DNA from: Octopus bimaculoides
Lineage: Eukaryota
Assembly (NCBI RefSeq): GCF_001194135.2
Contig: NC_068986.1
Coordinates: 7,124,794-7,188,793, forward strand
Reading direction: 5' to 3'
DNA length: 64,000 nucleotides
Positions within the stretch are counted from its first letter, which is position 1, and every line of letters begins with the position of its first letter. Shown here piece by piece: positions 49,473 through 60,715 of the stretch. The translations under genes were made by a program, and so were the position numbers. The notes under the pieces are model-generated. The model was given only the letters and a program-made list of their open reading frames with translations, was not told the DNA's origin and did no database searches.

Positions 49473-51598
49473 CACACGCACACTGTTTTGATTGTCTGTT
49501 CATGTTTAGTGCTCATCCAATGTTTTATAATGCCGGAAGCATTGATATGTAAATATCAGACAATGAGAATGAATGTTTAACACCATGAGCCTTTATCCAC
49601 CAATGCAGTATTGAGCATTCATTCTCATTGTTCAATATTTTCACACACACACACGCACACACACACACACACACACAAACAAACAAACAAACACNNNNNN
49701 NNNNTCTAGGGACCAATTCTGTAGGTTGTTACTCCACTCTAAATGCTTTGCAACATTTGTTTTTGAAAGTAATTTTTTTCTGATTGCAGCCCTCCCATGA
49801 AATCTGGCTTTGTGCAGCTCCCGGTGAACTATTTTTGTGGAAACTGGGTTCTTGAGGTGGTCTTAAGCTCTGCAGTAATTTTGGGAGCTGTACTTTTNNN
49901 NNNNNNNNNNNNNNNNNNNNNNNNNNNNNNNNNNNNNNNNNNNNNNNNNNNNNNNNNNNNNNNNNNNNNNNNNNNNNNNNNNNNNNNNNNNNNNNNNNNN
50001 NNNNNNNNNNNNNNNNNNNNNNNNNNNNNNNNNNNNNNNNNNNNNNNNNNNNNNNNNNNNNNNNNNNNNNNNNNNNNNNNNNNNNNNNNNNNNNNNNNNN
50101 NNNNNNNNNNNNNNNNNNNNNNNNNNNNNNNNNNNNNNNNNNNNNNNNNNNNNNNNNNNNNNNNNNNNNNNNNNNNNNNNNNNNNNNNNNNNNNNNNNNN
50201 NNNNNNNNNNNNNNNNNNNNNNNNNNNNNNNNNNNNNNNNNNTTTGATTGTCTGTTCATGTTTAGTGCTCATCCAATGTTTTATAATGCCGGAAGCATTG
50301 ATATGTAAATATCAGACAATGAGAATGAATGTTTAACACCATGAGCCTTTATCCACCAATGCAGTATTGAGCATTCATTCTCATTGTTCAATATTTTCAC
50401 ACACACACACGCACACACACACACACACACACAAACAAACAAACAAACACACGTACGTATGTGTGATTGTTGTAAATGAGTGTCACTGTCATATAAGCAG
50501 TGCATGACATTCATTGCCAATCTTTCATGGAAACCTTTCCACTTAGGGGAAATATTACCTTGCTTGAAGATAAGCAAGGGTTTGTGAATTCCCTCTGTCC
50601 TATGCAAGCATAGGAATATGGGCATGGAAATGATGATGTTGATATGGAATATAAATATTTTAGCTGATAATTAATATTGACCAAACCAGGAATGGAAAGA
50701 AGTTATTTAAAAAAAAAAAGTTTCATATTCAAAGCTCCATATTTTGTGGCATCTTCATTAGGAAACAAAGAACTACAAAACGGGGAAACATCTTTAACCG
50801 AATTAATTCTATTTTTCATTTGATGAAAAAGTTTGTGTCTTGACAAAATAATCATTATTACTTCTAAAGTTGTTGTTTTTGTTTTGTTTAATTCAATTAT
50901 CAACTAAGGTCATAAATTGGATTTCACAGTAATTTCATAGTCTAACTCACTTGTTAGATTTTGAAAACTGTGTCTGGATTGTGGAAACATAATATTTGAA
51001 GTAAATATTTAAAAATAACTGTCAGTTTTAGTGTTAGTAAAAGCAGTATTTCTTAAAAAATCTAACATAAATTACGGAAAAGAAAAGACTCAGTTGTTCT
51101 AAATTTCAAATTCACTTTCATGAAAATAAAACAGATTTCTCTGATCATTTATTTGAGAGGAGATATTCTAAAATAAAGTAGTGATGACTCTTTACCCAAG
51201 AAAACAATTTCTTGTGTACTATTCCACAATATATACATTCAGTTCACTAGTTTGAAATGTTACTATATCAAAACTAATTACAAAAGTCCTTCCAAATTAA
51301 GTATGGGAGATGAAACTGGTTAAGAAAGGCCCTACTCTTTATGAAAATACTCTCCAACCCATGTCCTTATGATTATTCTTGTAGGTATTTTGGACATTAA
51401 AATGTTGATGGCTGCAAGTTATATGTATTGGTTAATAAGATAAACTACAATATCATAATGGTGAAAGTTAACAAAAGATTTTAACTTTATTACAACTTGT
51501 TCTGTCTTGTATTCTTTCCTTTTAAATATGACTTGATTTGTATATTTTATGTACATCTCTTGCATCAATTAATAATGGTACTTATTTGTGCTTTTTAG

Positions 51599-51659
51599 AA
51601 ATCCCATTCATCTGGTGAAGATGATCTTGAAGGATCAGAAAAAGAAGACCCATTAGAAG
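51599..51659 (+). CDS. WDR37: WDR37 coding exon 6 (KSHSSGEDDLEGSEKEDPLE), acidic linker
   Basis: ctttttAG acceptor, g|GTATTT donor. Phase 0 in and phase 1 out match exons 5 and 7. Aligns with the recalled SGEDEVECSDKDEP linker. Confidence 0.88.
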
Positions 51660-51697
51660 GTATTTATTATAATTTATAATATATTTATTTCTTATTT

Positions 51698-51915
51698 CAT
51701 CATCATCATCATCATCGTTTAACGACCACTTTCCATGCTAGCATGGGTTGGACGATTTGACTGAAGACTGGCGAACCAGATGGCTGCTCCAGGCTCCAAT
51801 CTGATTTGGCAGAGTTTCTACAGCTGGGTGCCCTTCCTAACGTCAACCACTCTGAGAGTGTAGTGGGTGCTTTTACGTGCCACCAGCACGAAGGCCAGTC
51901 AGGCAGTACTGGCAA
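51698..51915 (-). mobile_element. RTE 3' tail copy just 3' of exon 6
   Basis: Near-consensus tail. Confidence 0.85.
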
Positions 51916-53470
51916 TTATTTTTTATTTTATCTAGTTTCAGCTCACGAGCTTTGGCCATGCTGGGGCACTGCCATTTGGTATTGCTACATAATTTTACTT
52001 CACGAATGCTTTTCAGGAATTGACATTTGGTGCATGAGAGAGTTTGATGCAGCTGCCCTCANNNNNNNNNNCATTTGGTGCATGAGAGAGTTTGATGCAG
52101 CTGCCCTCATCTGCACCTCCTGCCACAAAGTTGGTTCATCTGGGACCCTTGACAGGAAGAGGTCCAACTTTATTTTGAAGAAACCTACATCCACCTCATG
52201 CAGGTCTGTCAGGTCCTTTGGGAGGATATTGAAGAGCTGTGGACCTCTGAAGCCCAGGCTATTGCAGTATCTTGTCCTACATCTTGATGGCAAATTTGGA
52301 GTCCTTGGCACTATGCAGTGGCGCCCAGTTCTAGTATTTCTGTAACTCTTAATGCCAAAGTTTGGGACAAGTCCTTCGAGGATCTTCCAGATTTATATTA
52401 TGGCATATCTTTCTTGTCTCTGCTCTAAGGAATAGAGTCNNNNNNNNNNGTTCTAAGAGTCCATCCGGTCAGCCACCTGCATTTCATTGCCAACTTAGCA
52501 ACATGCACATGAAAAGATGCATCATTACTCATGTAAATGCCCAGGTCTCGCACTGACTGTGCCTCTGGGATTGCAATCCCTCCAGGTCCAGTGTATTTAA
52601 TGGGTACTGCATTTAGTTTTGCATGCTGATAGCACAAGGCTTGAAACTTTTCGGCATTAAACTGCATGCTATTCTTTTCAGTCCACTTGTATATTTCATA
52701 CAGCTCACATTGCAAGTGCATAGTGTCTTCAGGGTTCTGTATTACTTGTGAAACTTTTGTATCATCTGCATAATTTGTAATCATGGCTGAGGGTATGTCT
52801 GATGTTGATGGCTGCAATGTGGCTAAGGGTATATCTGAGAGGGCCATTATGAACAGTAGTGGTCCCAAAACAGTGCCTTGCGGAATACCGCTCACTATTT
52901 TCATGTCTTTGGAGGTGGCCCTATTGGCTACTACCACCTGACTTCTATCCTTCAGAAAGTCATCAAGCCATACTCCCAATTTTCCAACTACGCTGAGATC
53001 ACGCAGTTTGTGACATATTCCATGATCGACTTTATCAAAGGCCTTTGCAAAGTCAAGATATATCACTTCCACATTTGAGTGGTTGAGCAGCTGTTTCAGC
53101 ACCCAGTCATAGTGTTGTAAGAGCTGAGTCAGGCAGCTTCTTCCTGGTCGGAAACCATGTTGGGTGTCGGGCAGCAAGTCATTTTCTTCAAGGGAGGCGA
53201 TTAGTTTTCTTCTGACTATTCATTCCATGACCTTGCTGATGTGCGAGGTCAGAGAGATGGGTCTGTAGTTCTTGGCCTCTGCTCTGCTACCTCCTTTATG
53301 AATAAGGTATATTTTACGCTCCTTCAGTTTTCTTGGGAGTTTGCCAGTTCCAAAGAAGCTCTGAAGGAGGGACTGCAGTGGTGTTGCTAGGACTCACTTA
53401 CATACTTTTAGAAGGCTTGCTGGGAATCCACCAGGGCCAGTAGCTGTTGATCTTTTTGAAATTGATCATT
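51915..53470 (-). mobile_element. CR1/Jockey-group LINE, 5'-truncated, RT through 3' tail
   Basis: QHGFRPGRSCLTQLL, IYLDFAKAFDKVDH, SGIPQGTVLGPLLF, NYADDTK, GPQLFNILP. The 3' tail ends ...gaaactagataaaataaaa. Confidence 0.93.
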
Positions 53471-54015
53471 AGTTCTCCTCATCCTAGTGATTTGTAATTG
53501 ACTGATAGTTTCAAAATGCAGAAGGTTATGTTTTGAGACAACTAACCTCTACATGGCGAGGACATTCCTTAAAGCCATGGTATTCACAATTAATTGCTTT
53601 TTCTTGTAAAACCAATGTCATATTAGTTCTCAAACCTGAATATGATACGAGCTGTAGTTGATTGCTCTGACATTTTGGAGTTTGTATTGCGGATAGTAAT
53701 TTCATTTGTCGTATAGAACAGTAGATTGCAGAAAGTAAGATCATCTGATTTTAATCTTACTGTAGAACAGCTGACATGATTCCTCGTCCTGGTTCTCTTG
53801 ACTCGAAGTGTGAAAAAAAAAAAAAAAAAAAAAAAAAGAAAAAGTCTTTTCCTATTGTCAAAGACGTGAACATATTTCAAGGATTCCTGTTTAATTAGGA
53901 ACAACATCAAATTTTGGATTTTGTAGTTATTGTTACTGGTGTTTCTACATTAATATCTTCCAACATAATCTACTTTTTGTCTTGTTTAATCTGTTTTGTC
54001 TCTCCTTTATTTTAG

Positions 54016-54201
54016 ATGGAATTGATTCATCACAAGAAGCTGCTTTAGTTAAAACCCCTGCTGTTGAACTGAATGGTCACATGTGTGTTGTCATTGCTGC
54101 TGATTGGATGGCTGGTGGAGAGCAAGTAATTACGGCATCTTGGGATAGGACTGCTATATTGTATGAGTCAGAAACAGGAGAACAAGTTAATACACTCACT
54201 G
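54016..54201 (+). CDS. WDR37: WDR37 coding exon 7 (DGIDSS...[30 protein letters not shown]...TLT)
   Basis: ttttAG acceptor, g|GTAAGA donor. WD40 repeat matches WDR37 [26 protein letters not shown]. Confidence 0.97.
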
Positions 54202-54388
54202 GTAAGATTTTCACATATTTGGTATAGATTTGTTGAACTTTGTTCAATATTTATACAGGTTCTATTTCACGATATTAATGACTGCCTTCAGACGACTAGT
54301 TTGAGTTCTATCAAAGGCTTCTTTCTGTTTCTTTATTTTAAATTGGTGTTTACATTGATGATGATGATTGCTTTTCTGTTTTATGCAG

Positions 54389-54527
54389 GGCATCACCAAG
54401 AGTTGACAGATGTATGCGCACATCCATCTCAAAGACTCGTTGTAACGTCTTCCAAAGATACTACATTCAGATTATGGGATATGAGAGATCCTTCTTTAGA
54501 AGTCAATGTTTTCCAGGGTCATACTCA
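54389..54527 (+). CDS. WDR37: WDR37 coding exon 8 ([46 protein letters not shown]); gene continues beyond the window
   Basis: atgcAG acceptor, ca|GTAAGT donor, WD40 repeat. No following exon (expected TVTSAVF-like) was found in 54528-64000. Confidence 0.97.
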
Positions 54528-55149
54528 GTAAGTAATCTTTTAATCTTAAATGCAATTGAGATAGAATTAGCTTTTTTACCATTTTTCATTGTTCCTACTG
54601 CTATCCATTCTGTGACACATCCATACTAACATTTTTGCTCTATAGATGGGTCACTGCCTTAAAGCCCTCTAATTTTCTTTATTCATTTATGCTGAATGCC
54701 TTATGTTGTAAGACTGTGCTTTCAAAACCTCATATGGTTGTTGTATGATGTGGAAACCATTTCATGCAAGCATGTATTGAAATTTCTAAAGATCTTTCCT
54801 TCACAAACTTTAAGTACCAACTTCATCTCTGTTGTGTCCTTTATATGTTTCACTTTAGGAACAAAACTTGTCATCCGCTTCCAGTGATTGTTGGAGCAGT
54901 TTATGGTTTGATTCCAAAGTCATTAAAAGTTGCAGATTGCTTCAGTGCATTTCATTCACCTAAAACTTTTTGTTCTGCCAATTTATTATAGACACCATTA
55001 TAACCCTCTGAAATGAATAGGTCAGATACAGTTCTTTCATATTCTCTTCCTGCATTTTGAGCGAAACCATTTCTGTGATGTTTTTGAACTTTTTGGTCCT
55101 TACTATTTAGCTACTGCTTACTACCTTACTACTGAGTATGTGTAATGAT

Positions 55150-55690
55150 CTCTATGATGAAGGGTGTCTTTGATGGACATCTACTTCTACATCAAATTCC
55201 CTACCAGTCCTGGGTTGAAGTGTTTCTGGTGCATTGATAGAGAAGGAAGATTTGGTATTTAGGGTTTATGTCTATGGGGCATTGGTCTAGGTGCTTGCTT
55301 ACGGAAATTTTCTTAGTGGTGGGGTCCAAGATATGTTGCCTGTGCACCATAAGTCTATCCCTCAAAGTTAAGCTGGTTTGACCAATGTAGTCACCACCAC
55401 AACCTCCACATTTTAGAACATAGATTAAGTTCTTCGAAGCACAGGTGAAGTCATATTTTATAGTAAAAGTTTGACCTGACGTAAATTTGTATGTGGAGCC
55501 CTCTAAGAGGAAGATGCAAGTTCCGCAGTTAGGGCGGTTGCACTTTCTGACTTGTGGGGCTGTATTTTTGGTGGGAAATTTGGCGCTGGTGAGTAATTTT
55601 TTTAGGGATTGCAGTTGTCTCTTGCTTTTAATAATCCTATGTGTTTCTAGTGCCTTTTGCAGTGTTTCATTAAATAGTATCATCAATATC
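55150..55690 (-). mobile_element. Penelope-like element GIY-YIG endonuclease fragment (Neptune-type Cys linker)
   Basis: KCNRPNCGTC linker, NLIYVLKCGGCGGDYIGQT, LRDRLMVHRQHI, VSKHLDQC. Confidence 0.88.
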
Positions 55691-56273
55691 CTCACCATAA
55701 AGTCCTTTTTTCCATGTTTGCATGGGTTGGATGAAATTTGTTGAGGTGGATTTTCAGTGGCTGGATGCCCTTCCTGTTGTCAACACTCACCTTTTTCCAT
55801 ATAAAGTCATATTTCCGCAAGACCAGACATGTTTTCACAGAAGATTGGATTGGCTATTGCTTGCTTTATGATGACATTCATTTATAACCGTTATACAATG
55901 TCAAGAAAGGAAACAGTAATACATACATGCATGTGCACACACATACACGCACACACACACGTCAGACTTCTTTCAAGGTTGATGTGAGATTATGGGACAG
56001 AGAAAGGAATACAGAAGAAAGCCATGATCTTCAAGGTGTCTTGTTTTCATTCACTTGAACATCAAATGGAAAACTGCAGCATCAATTATAGTTTTAGAAA
56101 GAGAACAGACATCATTACAGTATATTTTTCATTGAGGAACTTGAATTGGCTTCAGTATAATCAATGAGAGTCAAATACTTGTAGATAGGGATCGGTTATA
56201 ACTCTTCTTCACTATCTCGTATAGATATGGTAAGGGAGGTAATTAATGATTATTTCCCTTTGACCAGAGACGT

Positions 56274-56321
56274 CCATGATAATTATGGAACCGATTTCCA
56301 TGATAATTATGGAACTGATTT
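56274..56321. repeat. 24-bp tandem duplication (ccatgataattatggaaYcgattt-like x2)
   Basis: Two units with one mismatch, read directly. Confidence 0.9.
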
Positions 56322-56524
56322 CATAAAATGTAGAGATCGTGTTCCAGCCCCAGCTTTGTACTGTATTTATTGTCATAACACATAGCTCTCAGTGGCTCTG
56401 TTATCGTAAATAAGACAGTTACTATTATAAGCGACGAGTAGCCTGTATATTTGTGTGTTTTGTTGTACTATAATGCTTTTGAAAGGCAGTACTGATGGTC
56501 TTTGCTATGGGTACGGCTCCTTAT

Positions 56525-56760
56525 TCAGAGTTTAAGCGATGTCATTAATTTCTGTTTGAATGTTTTTAATTCAACACACCCGTGACAAGAATATATGAGG
56601 GGGAGAGAATTCCAGGGGGGATAATGTTCTAGAGAGTGAGGGCTGGATGTGGTGCTTAGATTGGGGTCTGGGGGTGTTGATCTGATGAACAAGTGTGAAG
56701 AGAAGAGAGGAATACTTGAGTAGAGGTAGCATTGGCTCAACTAGATCTGAGTTGCAGGGG
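56525..56760 (-). mobile_element. CR1/L2-type LINE C-terminal remnant
   Basis: PPWNSLPLIYSCHGCVELKTFKQKL (WN.LP...FK..L motif). Confidence 0.5.
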
Positions 56761-56947
56761 TATTATAGTAACAACAGAAGCACCATCCGAGATGGCTATG
56801 TTTGGGAAGTGTTTTCATTAGAAAAAGATCTTAAGTGTTAGTGAACCCTAACATTTGGAGTAATTTTAAATCTTTAGCTGAGTGTTACTCACTACTAAGA
56901 AGCTTTTGCTGCCATTGTATTTTTATATGTGTAGTATTTGTTGCAGT

Positions 56948-57260
56948 GAGGGCTCATGTGCTTTAGTGGTTGCAGTACTCAGTTTTTCATCATAAGGTAG
57001 TGACAGTGCATTGTGTCCTTGAGCAAGACACTTCATTTCATGTTGCTCCTGTACACTCAACTGGCGAAAATGTGTTGTACCTGTAATTGAAAGGGGCCCA
57101 GCCTTATCACATTCTGTGTCATACTGACTCTCCCTGAGAACTATCTTAAGGGTACATGTGTGTGTGGAGTGCTCAGCCACTTGCACATTAATTTCACAAG
57201 TTGGCCATTCTGTTGATCAGATCAACTGGAACCCTATTCGCTGTAACCAACGGGGTGCCG
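56948..57260 (+). mobile_element. tRNA-derived SINE family D (shares the gtgtccttgagcaagacac core with family B)
   Basis: Decayed A box gctttagtggtt; tgtgtccttgagcaagacacttcatttcatgttgctcc core; distinct 3' body. Confidence 0.7.
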
Positions 57261-58169
57261 GTATTTATTGCCTGAGAAAGGAGACAAGATAGGCATAACT
57301 CTTTTGGATGATGCTTTTGAGGTCTCAGTTGAAGGAGTCAGTGTGTTTTTGATGTGTATCTAGCTTGTGACTGAATGATTGATAGTTTGGAAAGTGAAGA
57401 ATGATGACATGTTGTTGGACAGGGTGATAATTAAGTGATTGATGCAATGAGTGAAGAGAGTTGGGGACAGAACTGAATGTATGGGACATTGGATCTGATA
57501 GAATGAGGAAGAGAAAGAGTTTAGTAAACACACATGACAAGAGTGCAATCTGAGAAGAAACCATTGACCCGAGTGATGGAAGATCGATGGAGTCGGTAGG
57601 TAGCCAGTTTCAGTCATAAATATGCATGTCAGGTATGTAGTTTTATTTGCTGATGTTGAGGGTAACCAAAGTAAGAACCTACTGGTGGTTGAGAGAGGAG
57701 AGTAGGTTCCTAGCAGATTTAGCTCTTCAGAAATCATACTGGTGAATTGGCTTTTTGGAAACCATACTGGTGGTTACATAGGATCAGAACATTCAGTGGA
57801 AATATCTAGACATTTATGCACATTACTTGAAAGTCTTAGAGTGCTCTACCAAAGGAGGAAAATAAGCAAATTTGATTTCATAATCAAGAAGACCAAAATC
57901 GAAAAATGACTCTATGTAAATGATATAAACAATTGTTTTATTGTCAGCTAACATTAGTCAACATTATTTTGTGTTGTCTCTCATTAACTCTTGGACATTC
58001 TGTCTCTCGGGAGAACTTTTTTCTTCATGTCATTTAAATTATAAGTGTGATGTATTAAAATTAATTTTGAATGTTTGAGTTGGGAATTTCCCGAAATAAT
58101 TTTTCTTGCTTCTACAGCAGCTGTAAACATAAAAGCTTCTGGTGAACCTTTTTAAGTCCGAAGTTACTA

Positions 58170-58800
58170 ACCACTGACCTATGTTGAGTTCCACATTCTT
58201 CAGCCAAGAAGGACTTTGCACTCACAAACATCTGCCTATCCCTCTTTCAGGTGAGAATGTAGTCAATCTGGCTTCTAGGCCCATGAAATTGATAGGGGAT
58301 TGGATGGCTGGCAGGTTTCTTGAGGTTAGTATTGCAGACCAGCAAGTCATTTGTATAACAAAACTCTAGCAGATTTGTTCCTTCCTTATTTCTAGTACCA
58401 AAGCCATAACTTCTATGCACACCATGAAATCCATTGGAGTGCTGCTCAACATGACTGTTGAAGTCACCAGCTACAATAAAAATGTCATTTTCTTTCAGTG
58501 TCAAAGTAGTCTGTAAAAAGAATTCATAGAAACTACCCTTCTATTCATATGCCAGTTCAACATGTGGAGCATATGCAGAGATAAATGTTATTGTTCATAC
58601 AAGACTGTTATTAGCTTAATAATCCTGTCACACACCCTGACTACCTCAGTTACCTTATCCATTTCTCTGCTAAAACGATACCTACACCATTTACTTCATT
58701 GCTACTGCTCACCCAGAAGAATTTGTGTCTATGTTCCTTGCTCACAAGCAGTCAAGCCGAAGCTCTCCTTCCTTGTACCTTTTGCCCACAGGCTACATCT
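58170..58800 (-). mobile_element. RTE LINE APE endonuclease fragment
   Basis: ISAYAP, IVAGDFNSHV, YGFGTRNKEG.NLLEFC, SQIDYILT. Confidence 0.88.
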
Positions 58801-59259
58801 ACCTCTTAGGTATTTCAACAATCTCACCAGATCTGCTTTCCATTGTATGAATGTTGATGGTGGACCTCGGAAGCATGAGAGGATAGTTTGGGGACTGTTT
58901 GCAGCATCTGAAAAAATACTTTTGTAGGCATTTGTTTGATGGCAATGGTTCCTTGTGCAGTGTAAATGGGGATTGGCTACAGCATGAATTTCATTTTCCT
59001 TCACTACCATGAAATATTCATGGGTAAGCAACTGCTGGTAGAGGTAGTGAGTAGATAGGGATGAGGAAGGGAACAAGGAATTTGTTTAACCAATAGGTGA
59101 CCTCTGGTGGTGGCAAGGATGTGGGGGTACACCTCGGCTGTACAGTCAAGTTCCTGGACTAGTTCTGTAGCACACCACCAGATGACAGCACATAGTTGTG
59201 TGTGCAGTGAGAGCTAGCAGTGACCTTCATGAGGCAGTGTGCTGAGTGATGTCACAGTG

Positions 59260-60539
59260 TTTATTTCTCAAGTTGTAAAATTTGTGTTTTTGTGATCATG
59301 TGCATGTTTGTGATCATGTGTATGTTGTAGTCTGCTAGTTTTGTCATGGACAAGAACAAAGAGACAACGTAAAGTTTTGTGTTAAACTTGGGAGGTCTGC
59401 TACAGAGACATTGAGCATGCTTCAGCAAGCTTAAGGGGATGAGGTAATGGGTCATATGCAATGCTCTGAGTGGCAGGGGTGTTTCAAAAGCGGTAGAATG
59501 TCCCTGGAAGATGATGAGTGATCTGAAAGACTTGCCATGAGCATCACCCCAGAAATGTGGAGAAAATTCATTAGCTTGTGCATAAGGATTGTCAGAGGAC
59601 AATCAATGACATTGCTGATGTTGTTAATCTGTTGTATGAGTCCATGCAGGCAATCCTAAGATCTGAATTGAATATGTGGTTTGTCTCTGCCAAGTTTGTT
59701 CCCTGCCAGCTAAGCACTGAGCAGAAAGAACATCACGTTGAAGTCTGTGAAAATCTCTATCAGCATGCTGCCTATGACCCATGCTTCGTGTCGAAGATCA
59801 TCACTGGTGATGGGAGTTGGGTCTTGGGGTGTGACCCAAGACAAAGCAGCAGTCATCACAATGGAAGAGGCCTTCATCTCCATGACCAAAGAAGGCATAA
59901 CAGAGCTGTAGCTCAATCAAGAGCATTCTCATCGTTTTTACAACATCAGTATTGTGCACTGAGAATTTGTCCTCCACTCTCAGACGAAGGGTATCCAGCT
60001 GTAGAAACCTTGCCAAGCTGGATTGGGGCCTGGTGCAGCCTCCCAGCTTGCCAGTCCTCAGTCAAGCCAGTTAAGCTAGGCCAGCATGGAAAGCGGACGT
60101 TAAACAATGATGAGGGTCAGACCATGAAATGAGAGTTCTACTGTGGCATTTTGAAGTGCTTGAGGGAGGACATTTGGCAAAAGTGACTGGATCTGTAAAG
60201 AATGAAGAATTGGGTTCTTCACGATGACAATGCACCCTGTCACTGAGCTCTCTTTGCTTGTGAGTTTCTTGCTAAAAACATGATATTGCTTCTACACCCG
60301 CCCTATTCACCAGATTTAGCACTTGCAAACTTCTCTCTTTTCCCCAATATAAAAATGCTGCTCAAAGGTTGCTGTTTTAACACTGTTGTCGAGATTCAGA
60401 GTGAATCACAGAAGGTGCAGGTCGGATTCCAAAAGTGGCAGGAACACTGGGACTGGTGTATTGCTGCACAAGATAAATATTTTGAAGGAGATGATGTTAA
60501 AACTTTGGTAAATAAGTTATTTTTTATCAAACATAACTA
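59260..60539 (+). mobile_element. Mariner transposon, decayed, interrupted by an RTE tail at 59985-60115
   Basis: FCVKLGRSATET, KIITGDGSWV, WVLHDDNAPCH, LHPPYSPDLALANF. Confidence 0.9.
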
Positions 60540-60676
60540 GNNNNNNNNNNNNNNNNNNNNNNNNNNNNNNNNNNNNNNNNNNNNNNNNNNNNNNNNNNNN
60601 NNNNNNNNNNNNNNNNNNNNNNNNNNNNNNNNNNNNNNNNNNNNNNNNNNNNNNNNNNNNNNNNNNNNNNNNNNNN

Positions 60677-60711
<35 letters not shown>

Positions 60712-60715
<4 letters not shown>

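Noticed and set aside
49500-50450. Apparent segmental duplication of Tc1 part and flank (49490-49694 vs 50243-50450; 48745-48937 vs 49705-49897)
   Set aside because: Identical sequence flanking N gaps, most likely uncollapsed haplotype or scaffolding redundancy.
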